Positions 7,896-16,347 of a stretch of DNA of 61,912 bases are shown here, one piece after another. Below the pieces are notes generated by a model that worked only from the letters and a program-made list of their open reading frames with translations, had not been told where the DNA came from and made no database searches. Each line of letters starts with the position of its first letter. Positions within the stretch are counted from its first letter, which is position 1. The stretch lies in the IMG/VR virus record IMGVR_UViG_3300045988_115461; one strand, 5' to 3'. This stretch comes from a virus. Both the position numbers and the translations under genes were made by a program.

Positions 7896-8643
7896 ATATA
7901 AATTTTACGCCACTATTCTTGACTCCTTTTGGGGGTATTTGAATAGTGATGTGGTTTGGGAAAAATACTGGGGGTGGTCTGAAAATCCACCCCACACACC
8001 CGAACAGTTTCACGAGTTGCAGTTTCAAGAACTCATTGATCGCATTAATCGTAAACCTTTCGATAGCGAAGCTGCGGATAAAGGGACAGCGTTTAACGAA
8101 TTGGTGGATGCTCTTATAGAAAATAGGAAACCTAATAAGATGAACGTAGAGAGAAATGCCGAGAATACTTGCTATACGGTTGTTTACAATAACCGTACAT
8201 TCGTTTTTCCCATCTCTCTTTGCCGTGAGTTTGTTGATTACTTTAAAGGCGCATTGACCCAGATTAGAGTAGAAGCAATCCTGCCAACTGCATACGGTAA
8301 TGTTTTGGTTTACGGTCTGATTGACGAGTTGATGCCTACCACCGTTCACGACATCAAAACGACCGGAAGTTATACGGTTGGAAAGTTTAAGGATCATCAT
8401 CAACACCTTGTTTATTTGTATTGTCTGAATAAAAACGGTATTCCAATAAAAGACTTTGAATATAATATTGTTGAATTTGGGAAAAATGGAAACGTTGTTG
8501 GTACTTATACTGAACTATACAATTATAATCCAGATACATACATGCCAAAACTTACTTCTATATGCGAAGAATTTATTTGTTTTCTCAATGAAAACAAAGA
8601 CTTAATAACTGATTTGAAGATATTTGGTAAAGATGGAAAATGA
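7882..8643 (+). CDS. PD-(D/E)xK-type nuclease (putative recombination exonuclease)
   Basis: Start at MQQLKYKFYAT. The motif VHDIKTTGSY lies downstream of GLIDEL. The gene follows the Sak4-like ATPase. Confidence 0.5.
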   Translation: MQQLKYKFYATILDSFWGYLNSDVVWEKYWGWSENPPHTPEQFHELQFQELIDRINRKPFDSEAADKGTAFNELVDALIENRKPNKMNVERNAENTCYTVVYNNRTFVFPISLCREFVDYFKGALTQIRVEAILPTAYGNVLVYGLIDELMPTTVHDIKTTGSYTVGKFKDHHQHLVYLYCLNKNGIPIKDFEYNIVEFGKNGNVVGTYTELYNYNPDTYMPKLTSICEEFICFLNENKDLITDLKIFGKDGK

Positions 8644-9190
8644 AATTTGGAAAGATATTCAAGGATATGAAGGTTTGTATCAAATATCAAATTTAGGTAG
8701 GGTACGTTCTATTGATAGAATTGTTGGGTATAGATATAAAGGGAAACAAAGGGTCTATAAAGGTCGTATTTTAAAGCAAATGACAAGAAATGGATATTTA
8801 TATGTGAGTCTATCGAAAGAAAATGTATTAAAACAGAAAAATATTCATCGACTTGTAGCTAATGCTTTTCTACCTAATCCATCAAAATTACCGATTATTA
8901 ATCATATAGATGAAAATAAGAAAAATAATATGGTTTCTAATTTAGAATGGTGTACTTGTGCCTATAATACCAATTATGGCAGTGGTAGAAAGAAACAAGC
9001 TGAATCACAACAAAAGGTTGTATTGCAATACGATAGAAATGGGAATTTGTTAAATCAATACCCATCTGTAACGATAGCCGCATTACAGAATGGCTACAAC
9101 TTAAAGACTGTATCCCAATGTTGTCGTGGATGTACAAAAAGCGCATATAATTATATATGGAAATATAAATATGATATTCAATCTGAATAA
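8633..9190 (+). CDS. HNH homing endonuclease with a NUMOD4 motif
   Basis: WKDIQGYEGLYQISNLGRVRS (NUMOD4) and HRLVANAF...INHIDENKKNNMVSNLEW (HNH_3). Confidence 0.85.
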   Translation: MENEIWKDIQGYEGLYQISNLGRVRSIDRIVGYRYKGKQRVYKGRILKQMTRNGYLYVSLSKENVLKQKNIHRLVANAFLPNPSKLPIINHIDENKKNNMVSNLEWCTCAYNTNYGSGRKKQAESQQKVVLQYDRNGNLLNQYPSVTIAALQNGYNLKTVSQCCRGCTKSAYNYIWKYKYDIQSE

Positions 9191-9608
9191 CCCCTATGAG
9201 GCAGACAAATTCAAAGAATATGTAAATAGAATGTATCAGCAAAAATCAGTAGTTGAAGTAAAAAAGAAATTACCTAATCGCACGCTCGCTCAGAACTCTT
9301 ATTTACATCTTCTTTTAGGGTACTTTGGCAGTGAATACGGTTGCAGCCTCGATGAAGCAAAAATTGACTTCTATAAGAGGACTTGCAACCGTGATTTATT
9401 TGAACGAAGGATAGTCAACAAGAAAGGGATGGAAGTAACCTGCCTGCGTAGTTCTGCCGAACTAACAACTGGTGAAATGACTTTATCTATTGAGCGATTC
9501 CGTAATTGGAGCGCATCTGTTGCTGATATATACTTGCCAGCAGCAAACGAACATCAAATGCTGATATATGCCCAGCAGGAAATACAGCGAAATCAAGAAT
9601 TTATATGA
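9171..9608 (+). CDS. ninB: NinB/Orf-like recombination mediator
   Basis: NRTLAQNSYLHLLLGY...RSSAELTTGEMTLSIERFRNW parallels lambda NinB (RSLDQNRKLWACLGDV...STSRMRVGEFAELLE). Confidence 0.5.
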   Translation: MIFNLNNPYEADKFKEYVNRMYQQKSVVEVKKKLPNRTLAQNSYLHLLLGYFGSEYGCSLDEAKIDFYKRTCNRDLFERRIVNKKGMEVTCLRSSAELTTGEMTLSIERFRNWSASVADIYLPAANEHQMLIYAQQEIQRNQEFI

Positions 9609-9790
9609 CAGCATACATAAACACGGTGGCCGAAGCTCACGAAGAAGAAAACAGAGCTTTGGCCTTACTTCATTCTGTAAAGAATACAGAAAAGAAAATG
9701 ATAAAAGAAGGCTGGCTGGTAACTCTTTCGATCGGTACCGCTCTGATCGAGACTACCAACCCGGAGAAATATAAATCACTTATACTTTAA
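9605..9790 (+). CDS. Hypothetical protein (61 aa)
   Basis: ORF whose start overlaps the upstream stop (ATGA). Confidence 0.45.
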   Translation: MTAYINTVAEAHEEENRALALLHSVKNTEKKMIKEGWLVTLSIGTALIETTNPEKYKSLIL

Positions 9791-9793
9791 ATT

Positions 9794-10078
9794 ATGACAC
9801 GAAAAGAGAACATTGAAAGATTGCAGAACCTGGTACAGGAAAAGAGGCAGGAGATTACCGCTCTGCAAAGTCAAATTGGTGAAGAAATGGTTGCTGACTT
9901 TTATGAGTCGCATGGACTTAAAGAAGGCCAACACTTCTTTTATCAGGAGAAGGAGTGCATTGGCGTTGAATTGGCAGCAAATTCATACTTTTTGAAAGCT
10001 CTTCCTCTTACCGCAAAAGGTGAAGTCTCAAAGAAGGGACTGATAATTTATAGTGACAAATCTGTTAAACCGTTATAG
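9794..10078 (+). CDS. Hypothetical protein (94 aa)
   Basis: ORF only. Confidence 0.5.
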   Translation: MTRKENIERLQNLVQEKRQEITALQSQIGEEMVADFYESHGLKEGQHFFYQEKECIGVELAANSYFLKALPLTAKGEVSKKGLIIYSDKSVKPL

Positions 10079-10079
10079 T

Positions 10080-10511
10080 ATGGATAAGTTTTTAGGCCAA
10101 GAAATCCCCGAAAAGGATAGATGGCAATTTTTACAGGATAATGCCGATGCAGTGGAAGAGATTGGCTATACCCACCGTTTTACACCAGATGAGTTGGCAC
10201 AAAAGAAAGAATCTCTCGCTGAAACTTCAATCAAAATCAATGATATTGAAGTCGAGAAGAAAGAAGTCGTAGACGGGTATAAAGAACGACTTAAACCTTT
10301 GAATGAGGTGAAAGTAAAACTTCTTGAAAACATCAAGAAGGGCTCTGAATATGTGGATAATGAAGAGTGCGCTAAAATACTCTTTCATGAAGAAAAGATG
10401 GTCGGGTATTATAATCAACTAGGGGAATTGGTTTATTCCCGTCCGATCATGCCTCAAGAAATGCAAAAGACAATTTTTAATATGAATCGTAAAACAGGAA
10501 CAAATGACTGA
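10080..10511 (+). CDS. Hypothetical protein
   Basis: ATG 10080 (MDKFLGQEIPEK) lies directly after the upstream stop. Confidence 0.5.
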   Translation: MDKFLGQEIPEKDRWQFLQDNADAVEEIGYTHRFTPDELAQKKESLAETSIKINDIEVEKKEVVDGYKERLKPLNEVKVKLLENIKKGSEYVDNEECAKILFHEEKMVGYYNQLGELVYSRPIMPQEMQKTIFNMNRKTGTND

Positions 10512-11241
10512 AAGTAAATTAAACGTGGTTGTGCCGAAAGATTACAACGGTGCACCAATTGAAGTTGTATTGAGAGAAGGTGAAGCTGCTAAACAACTTC
10601 CCAAAAGAGAACCTATTCCAGTAAATATTACTGGAACGATTGATAGTCCTTTACGTTGGCTTGAAAAGCGTGTTGAATTAATCAATCAGAAGACTGCTAA
10701 TATCACGGTAAACCGTGATGATATGGAGATCAGCCTGATAGATAAAGAAAACGACTACTATAATAATGGTATTCGTGGTGTATTGGAAGCTTCCAAAGAA
10801 ATGAAGGAGTTTGGCATTAACGGCGATAAGAAATGGGATCCAATTAAACTATCCAAATTTTTGAAGATGCACCGTGCCTTTTTTACTGACAAGTCACAGA
10901 ATATGATGCTTGTTTCTACCTTGAAGAACTTCAAAGCTAAAGTAAACCAGGACATCGAGCGCAGCAAGGAAGAAAACGGTAGCAAGGTGGATAACTACTC
11001 GCAGGTGGTTGATTCAAATTTACCGAAGTCTTTCAAGCTGAATATTCCTCTTTTCAAAGGCTTTGCTTGCGAAGAAATCGAAGTTGAGATTTACGCAGAC
11101 GTTGACGGTCGAGATGTTTCCTTATCTCTTGTGTCCGCTGGTGCAAATGAAGCGATTGAAGAATATAAAAATAAAGTAATTGACGAACAACTGGATGCGA
11201 TCAGACAGATTGCTCCTGATATTGTAATCATTGAAGTATAA
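10504..11241 (+). CDS. Hypothetical protein (245 aa)
   Basis: ORF overlapping the upstream gene by 8 nt. Confidence 0.55.
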   Translation: MTESKLNVVVPKDYNGAPIEVVLREGEAAKQLPKREPIPVNITGTIDSPLRWLEKRVELINQKTANITVNRDDMEISLIDKENDYYNNGIRGVLEASKEMKEFGINGDKKWDPIKLSKFLKMHRAFFTDKSQNMMLVSTLKNFKAKVNQDIERSKEENGSKVDNYSQVVDSNLPKSFKLNIPLFKGFACEEIEVEIYADVDGRDVSLSLVSAGANEAIEEYKNKVIDEQLDAIRQIAPDIVIIEV

Positions 11242-11392
11242 TTAATTAACAAACAAAGCCGCTGTAAAGGACAGCGTGAGGAGAATGCCCTCTGTTTATA
11301 TTATTAATTTTATTATCCCGGTGTCTGGTGGTTCGGTATCCGGGAACAGTTACAGTCGTGAGACAGGAGTTTATGTGTAATAATCGCGAATA

Positions 11393-11496
11393 GCCGGGTG
11401 AAAGTCCCGGCATACGGGCGGTCAGTGTTCTGGGATGAAACGTTACAGAGTGCGCACGATGTAAAGAGATCGGTTCGATACCGGTACCGTCCACAA
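11393..11496 (+). ncRNA. Structured tRNA-like non-coding element B (paralog of 5316..5411)
   Basis: Hairpin gccgggtgaaagtcccggc. Acceptor-like helix gggcggt (11416..11422) with accgtcc (11486..11492). T-arm-like atcgg-ttcgata-ccggt. The element ends in acaa. Confidence 0.55.
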
Positions 11497-11586
11497 ACCC
11501 AAGCGAAGTGATGCGAAAGTGGCTTTAGCTCTGCAGAGCAAATTTTATCGGTACGCAGCCATCGGTACGTTGGCAATGATGTTAGC

Positions 11587-11615
11587 GCCCCGGGGAATCC
11601 GCTCCGGGGCTTTTT
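11587..11615 (+). terminator. Rho-independent terminator closing the 11.24-11.62 kb non-coding region
   Basis: gccccgg / ccggggc 7-bp stem followed by ttttt. Confidence 0.7.
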
Positions 11616-11636
11616 ACTGAACAAAATTTTATCACC

Positions 11637-11750
11637 ATGAATATAGAATCTTTAAACAGTTGGTCAGAGGCTTTATCGATAGTCGCTGCCATTCTCGGTA
11701 TCATGGCTCTTATCTGGATAGGCCTATGTTTAATAAATCAAAAAAAATAG
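11637..11750 (+). CDS. Small membrane protein (37 aa)
   Basis: MNIESLNSWSEALSIVAAILGIMALIWIGLCLINQKK; below the ORF-track cutoff. Confidence 0.35.
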   Translation: MNIESLNSWSEALSIVAAILGIMALIWIGLCLINQKK

Positions 11751-11824
11751 ACGATGGTAATGGACTTTGGGCGGGAACCGGATTATGAACCGGATGATTT
11801 TGACAACTATAATTTCGACTGATT

Positions 11825-12301
11825 ATGTATTACATAAAACGAACTAAGGCTAAAAAGAAAGACAAGCCTTTGCCCCTGTTTGATAAGGCAGGGGTAACAG
11901 TAAAGAAGAAGCCGGATTTAAAAGCTAAACTCGACAAAGAGTTTTCCCTTTTTATCCGGCTTCGTGATGTAATGCCGAACGGATATTTTAGATGTATCTC
12001 GTGCGGTCAGATAAAACCGTTTGGGCAAGCAGATTGTGGTCACTATTTCAGCCGCACGCATATAGCTACCCGCTTTGATGAGAATAATTGCCATGCCGAA
12101 TGCCGCCACTGCAATAGGTTCAAAGCTGACCATCTGGAAGGCTATCGGGTAAATCTGATAGCTAAAATCGGGCAACAGAAATTTGACTTACTGAAAGTGA
12201 AAGCTGCCAGTACTTCTAAGATGTCAGATTTTGAATATGAGCAGCTAATCAAGTATTACAAAACACTTAATAAGAAGTTACGAAAGGAGAAAGGGCTATG
12301 A
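11825..12301 (+). CDS. ninG: NinG-like recombination protein
   Basis: The Cys/His pattern RCISCGQ...DCGHYFSR...NCHAECRHCN is typical of lambda NinG-family proteins. Confidence 0.7.
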   Translation: MYYIKRTKAKKKDKPLPLFDKAGVTVKKKPDLKAKLDKEFSLFIRLRDVMPNGYFRCISCGQIKPFGQADCGHYFSRTHIATRFDENNCHAECRHCNRFKADHLEGYRVNLIAKIGQQKFDLLKVKAASTSKMSDFEYEQLIKYYKTLNKKLRKEKGL

Positions 12302-13470
12302 GTTATGTATTACGAGATTACCAACAGAAAGCCTCTGATGCTGCCGTTTCTTTCTTCAACAACAAGGCGAAGAAAACAAACGCCATTATGGTGTTACCCA
12401 CAGGGTCGGGAAAGAGCCTTATCATAGCGGATATAGCCGCAAGGCTTGACGGGCACACCTTAGTGTTTCAGCCCAGCAAGGAAATACTCGAGCAAAATTT
12501 CAAGAAGCTATGTTCTTACGGCATCTTAGATTGTTCGATATATTCAGCTTCTTTTGGAAGAAAAGAAATATCAAGGATCACATTCGCCACGATCGGTAGT
12601 GTAATAAATCATCCGGATTTGTTTTCTCATTTCCAGTCTATCATTATAGATGAGTGTCACTTGGTAAATCCTAAAGAAGGGATGTATAAGACATTCTTAG
12701 AACTTCTCAAATGCAAGGTTCTTGGTTTAACGGCAACGCCATATCGATTAAGTAGTTCGCAAGAGTTTGGTTCTATGCTGAAATTCATTACCCGAACACG
12801 TCCGGCTATATTCAAGGATGTAATCTATCATGTGCAGGTTTCTACCTTACTTGATATGGGATATCTGACAAAACTAAATTACTATTCAATGAATCCGGTA
12901 GGATGGAACGAACTTAACTTGAAAGTAAATACTACCGGTGCCGACTATACCGATAAATCAGTACAAAGAGAGTATGAGCGAATAGACTTCTACAGTTATG
13001 TTGTCCATATTGTCCAACGACTACTTAATCCGAAACAAGGTGGAAAACGGAAAGGCATTCTTGTTTTTACCCGGTTCTTGAAAGAGGCAGAGAAGTTGAC
13101 TTGGTCAATTCCTGGCTGTGCTATCGTTTCGGGCGAAACTCCAAAGAAAGAACGAGAACAAATACTTGAGGCTTTCAAGTCTGGCCGGATACCAGTTGTC
13201 GCTAATGTTGGGGTACTCACGACCGGTTTCGATTATCCAGAACTTGATACGGTCGTTATGGCGCGTCCTACGATGTCATTGGCGATGTGGTACCAAATAG
13301 TCGGCCGGGCAATTCGTCCGCATTCGTCTAAAGAATCAGGTTGGATTGTTGACCTATGTGGAAATATCAAACGATTTGGGGAAGTGAAAGACCTAAAGTT
13401 GGTTGATGGAGGTAATGGTAAATGGGCGGTATATTCAAAAAGCAGACAATTAACTAACGTATATTTTTGA
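12298..13470 (+). CDS. Superfamily-2 DEAD/DEAH-box DNA helicase
   Basis: Motif I VLPTGSGKS, motif II IIDECH, motif III LTATP, motif VI QIVGRAIRP. Confidence 0.9.
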   Translation: MSYVLRDYQQKASDAAVSFFNNKAKKTNAIMVLPTGSGKSLIIADIAARLDGHTLVFQPSKEILEQNFKKLCSYGILDCSIYSASFGRKEISRITFATIGSVINHPDLFSHFQSIIIDECHLVNPKEGMYKTFLELLKCKVLGLTATPYRLSSSQEFGSMLKFITRTRPAIFKDVIYHVQVSTLLDMGYLTKLNYYSMNPVGWNELNLKVNTTGADYTDKSVQREYERIDFYSYVVHIVQRLLNPKQGGKRKGILVFTRFLKEAEKLTWSIPGCAIVSGETPKKEREQILEAFKSGRIPVVANVGVLTTGFDYPELDTVVMARPTMSLAMWYQIVGRAIRPHSSKESGWIVDLCGNIKRFGEVKDLKLVDGGNGKWAVYSKSRQLTNVYF

Positions 13471-13471
13471 T

Positions 13472-13666
13472 ATGGACATACTAAGCATAATTAATCGCCT
13501 TCAAGAAAAGAGACGATTGGAAAAGATAACACCGGATCATGTGCCGGAAGTGGAGTTAATGAACACAATCCATGCAGAGGCGAGAAAAGAACTTAATGAG
13601 CTTTTTGTTTCTGGTAAGATTGGAATTACTAAGACGCTTAATTCAAAGGCTATTTATATAAAATAG
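13472..13666 (+). CDS. Hypothetical protein (64 aa)
   Basis: ORF only. Confidence 0.45.
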   Translation: MDILSIINRLQEKRRLEKITPDHVPEVELMNTIHAEARKELNELFVSGKIGITKTLNSKAIYIK

Positions 13667-13672
13667 ATAAAC

Positions 13673-14563
13673 ATGAAAAACTACTTTCCACATGATAGTG
13701 ATGCAAGAAGCGATGATAAAATTATCGCTTTACGTATAAAGCATAAATGGGAAGGATACGGGTTATACTGGGCGTTGATAGAAAAATTAAGAGAAAGCAA
13801 AAATTATACTCTAAAAGCCGATTATAATGTTTTGGCTTTTGATTTACGTGCTGATGCCGCAATTCTAAAAAGTGTAATAAATGACTTCGGGTTATTTGCC
13901 TTCACCAATAATGGTGAGTGTTTCTACTCCGAATCTCTAAATACACGTATGCAGCCATTGGACGAAAAAAGAGCAAAACTTTCTGATGCCGGTAAACGAG
14001 GAAATGAAAAGAGGTGGAAAAATGGTTCGAATAGGTCTGCGTCTCAATCGCCACCTGATAATAATTCTTTCGCCACCCAATCGCCACCCGATAGCCACCC
14101 AATCGCCCAACTATCGCAAGAAGAGATTAGAGAAGAAGTAGATAATAGTAAACCTAAAGAAACCTCTACTAGCGTAGAGGCAAAGAAAGCCGAACAAGCA
14201 AAGAAACTTGCCGCAGCTAAAGCCGCTACGCTCAAACGGAGGGATGAATTTTATAATTCTCTGGTTCCTTATGTGGAACGATACGGGAAGGAAATGATCC
14301 GGGCTTTCTTTGATTACTGGTCTGAACTCAATAAGTCAGAAACTAAGATGAGATTTGAAACGAATAAAACATGGGAGGTCGCAAAAAGACTTGCCACATG
14401 GTTTAATAAGGAAAAATTCAATGGAAAATCAAGTAGCACGATACCAAAGGCCGGATTTGGATCTTTTACCAAGTCTACCGGAAACAAAGCCGCAAGCCGT
14501 GAAACTGTGGGCCAATTCGCCAGAGCCGTACTGGAACAGTATAAATCCAAAGACGGCGATTGA
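13673..14563 (+). CDS. DUF4373 (Lin1244/Lin1753-like) replication organiser-type protein
   Basis: The N-terminus MKNYFPHDSDARSDDKIIALRIKHKWEGYGLYWALIEKL is characteristic of this family. Confidence 0.65.
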   Translation: MKNYFPHDSDARSDDKIIALRIKHKWEGYGLYWALIEKLRESKNYTLKADYNVLAFDLRADAAILKSVINDFGLFAFTNNGECFYSESLNTRMQPLDEKRAKLSDAGKRGNEKRWKNGSNRSASQSPPDNNSFATQSPPDSHPIAQLSQEEIREEVDNSKPKETSTSVEAKKAEQAKKLAAAKAATLKRRDEFYNSLVPYVERYGKEMIRAFFDYWSELNKSETKMRFETNKTWEVAKRLATWFNKEKFNGKSSSTIPKAGFGSFTKSTGNKAASRETVGQFARAVLEQYKSKDGD

Positions 14564-15050
14564 TGTCTTTAAATCGATCTCGCCTTCTATCGTGGAATTA
14601 TCGATGACTTATGATGACATCTTCGTAAACTCGCTAATGTACACATGGTTTGAGCAATTCGTGAATTTCTACTCAACTAATGGAACGATGGACCCCGTTC
14701 AAATTAAAGATACTATAGATCTTGTTCGTGAAGAATACCCACATTATAAACCGGAGGACTTCAAGCTCTTTTTCAAAATGGCCAAGAAAGGTTATTTCGG
14801 ACAAGTCTTTGGCCGTATAGACGGCGAGGTCATAATGAATTGGATGGCAAAGTATGACATCCATAGGGACACTCAGGCGCAAAACGAGGCTATTAAGGCA
14901 GCTGATGCTTTTCGTCCTCGTGTCCAAGCGAAGGAAAGCATCGGACTAACTTGGGATGAATATCAAAAATGGAAGAAAAATCAAAAAAGCAATGGAAAAA
15001 GTAAACGAATTAAGGGATGTCCCTTTGGGCCATTTGGTCAAGATCGGTAG
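14421..15050 (+). CDS. Hypothetical protein (start uncertain: 14421 or 14604)
   Basis: ORF 14355..15050. ATG 14421 would overlap the upstream gene by 143 nt; ATG 14604 gives no overlap. Confidence 0.45.
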   Translation: MENQVARYQRPDLDLLPSLPETKPQAVKLWANSPEPYWNSINPKTAIDVFKSISPSIVELSMTYDDIFVNSLMYTWFEQFVNFYSTNGTMDPVQIKDTIDLVREEYPHYKPEDFKLFFKMAKKGYFGQVFGRIDGEVIMNWMAKYDIHRDTQAQNEAIKAADAFRPRVQAKESIGLTWDEYQKWKKNQKSNGKSKRIKGCPFGPFGQDR

Positions 15051-15231
15051 ATTATATTATGCTGCGATAGAGTTTCTACCGCAAGGAAATACTAAAGGAA
15101 ACGTTTGTGTAGGATGCTCCTTTCGTGATGATGGAGGAGGTATAGAAGAGTGCAGGTACTCCAGCGCTTGCATGGCGCACAAGAGGCCAGATCACGAGAG
15201 TGTGGTGTTTGCCAAAACCAAGGAGATATGA
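14992..15231 (+). CDS. Small Cys-rich protein
   Basis: CVGCSF...ECRYSSACMAHKR. Its stop overlaps the dcm start (ATGA at 15228). Confidence 0.4.
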   Translation: MEKVNELRDVPLGHLVKIGRLYYAAIEFLPQGNTKGNVCVGCSFRDDGGGIEECRYSSACMAHKRPDHESVVFAKTKEI

Positions 15232-16301
15232 CACATGGATCATTATTTTCTGGCGTGGGCGGATTTGACCTTGCCGCCGAATGGATGGGATGGGAGAACC
15301 TGTTCCATTGCGAGATTAACGAGTGGTGCCAAAAGGTACTGCGGTTTCATTTCCCAAAAAGCATTCAATATGAAGATATTACAAGAACTGATTTCACTCC
15401 GTGGAGAGGGAAGGTTGACGTACTCACAGGAGGGTTTCCTTGCCAGCCATTTTCAACGGCAGGAAAGCGAAGGGGAGCGGAAGATGACCGTTATCTCTGG
15501 CCGGAAATGCTTCGGGCAATACGGGAGATACGACCCGCTTGGGTCATTGGTGAGAACGTTGCTGGAATCACCAGCATGGTACAACCCGGCAGTGAGGTTA
15601 CGGTGGAAAGTCAAGCCTCTTTGTTTGAAACGTCTGACAAGGAAACGCTACTCGAGCAAGAATACGTTATCGAGACCGTCTGCCGAGATCTTGAGCGTGA
15701 GGGATATTCCGTCCAGCCGATTCTTATTCCAGCTTGCGGTGTCGGAGCGCCACACAAGAGGTACAGGGTATGGTTCATTGCTTCCGACCGTTCAGACGCA
15801 AGGATTGAAGGTTTGCGACAAAAACGGAAAGACAAGGTTCATGGATGTCTCGTTGCTACCGACACCTACGGCGAGAAGCTACAAAAATGGCTCAAAAATA
15901 ACGGACGGGAGATCGAGGAGGAAAATATCGCAAGGCTGGACAATGGAGTTGAACGATCTTGCTGTATCAGGGCTTTTGCCGACTCCGACAATGAGAGATT
16001 ATCAACCATCGGTATCACCGACAGGATTAGTTCGGAAGAACGGGAAAAGAAGAGACGATGCCTTATGCAATATACCAGTAATGATTGGCCAGCATTGTCA
16101 GCAGAACGATGGAAAGACTTCCCAACTCAACCCCCTGTTTGTCGAAGAAATGATGGGTTACCCTTTGATGTGGACTACCTTGCCATTTCTTTCACAAAAT
16201 GGAGACAAGAGTCAATAAAAGCCTATGGAAATGCGATAGTTCCACAAGTAGCATTTGAGATATTCAAGGCGATAGAAACATCAACCTTTCATCATAGTTG
16301 A
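15228..16301 (+). CDS. dcm: DNA (cytosine-5)-methyltransferase
   Basis: Motif I LFSGVGGFD, motif IV GGFPCQPFS, motif VI IGENV, motif VIII GAPHKRYRVWFIA, motif X AYGNAIVPQVA. Confidence 0.9.
   Translation: MTHGSLFSGVGGFDLAAEWMGWENLFHCEINEWCQKVLRFHFPKSIQYEDITRTDFTPWRGKVDVLTGGFPCQPFSTAGKRRGAEDDRYLWPEMLRAIREIRPAWVIGENVAGITSMVQPGSEVTVESQASLFETSDKETLLEQEYVIETVCRDLEREGYSVQPILIPACGVGAPHKRYRVWFIASDRSDARIEGLRQKRKDKVHGCLVATDTYGEKLQKWLKNNGREIEEENIARLDNGVERSCCIRAFADSDNERLSTIGITDRISSEEREKKRRCLMQYTSNDWPALSAERWKDFPTQPPVCRRNDGLPFDVDYLAISFTKWRQESIKAYGNAIVPQVAFEIFKAIETSTFHHS
15484..16218 (+). other. Alternative (+1) frame ORF fully inside dcm, carrying LLPTPTA-type repeats and an LNPLFVEEMMGYP motif
   Basis: The frame is open from 15235 to 16218 (327 codons). 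An internal ATG at 15484 gives MTVISGRKC... It has three LLPT motifs and a C-terminal motif-IX-like string. Confidence 0.35.
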
Positions 16302-16347
16302 AAGCTGCATTTATCTATGATGAGAGCAAGGAAAAATAAAATAATAT

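Noticed and set aside
9568-9995. Alternative-frame ORFs 9568..9774 and 9813..9995.
   Set aside because: They overlap better-placed ORFs (9605..9790, 9794..10078) whose starts and stops are coupled to their neighbours. The translations are basic and low in complexity.
11246-11624. Minus-strand ORFs 11246..11494 and 11313..11624.
   Set aside because: They cover the structured non-coding region with tRNA-like element B. The translations are Arg/Ser/Cys/Thr-rich and have no promoter or partner genes on that strand. RNA structure explains the conservation with region A better than coding does.
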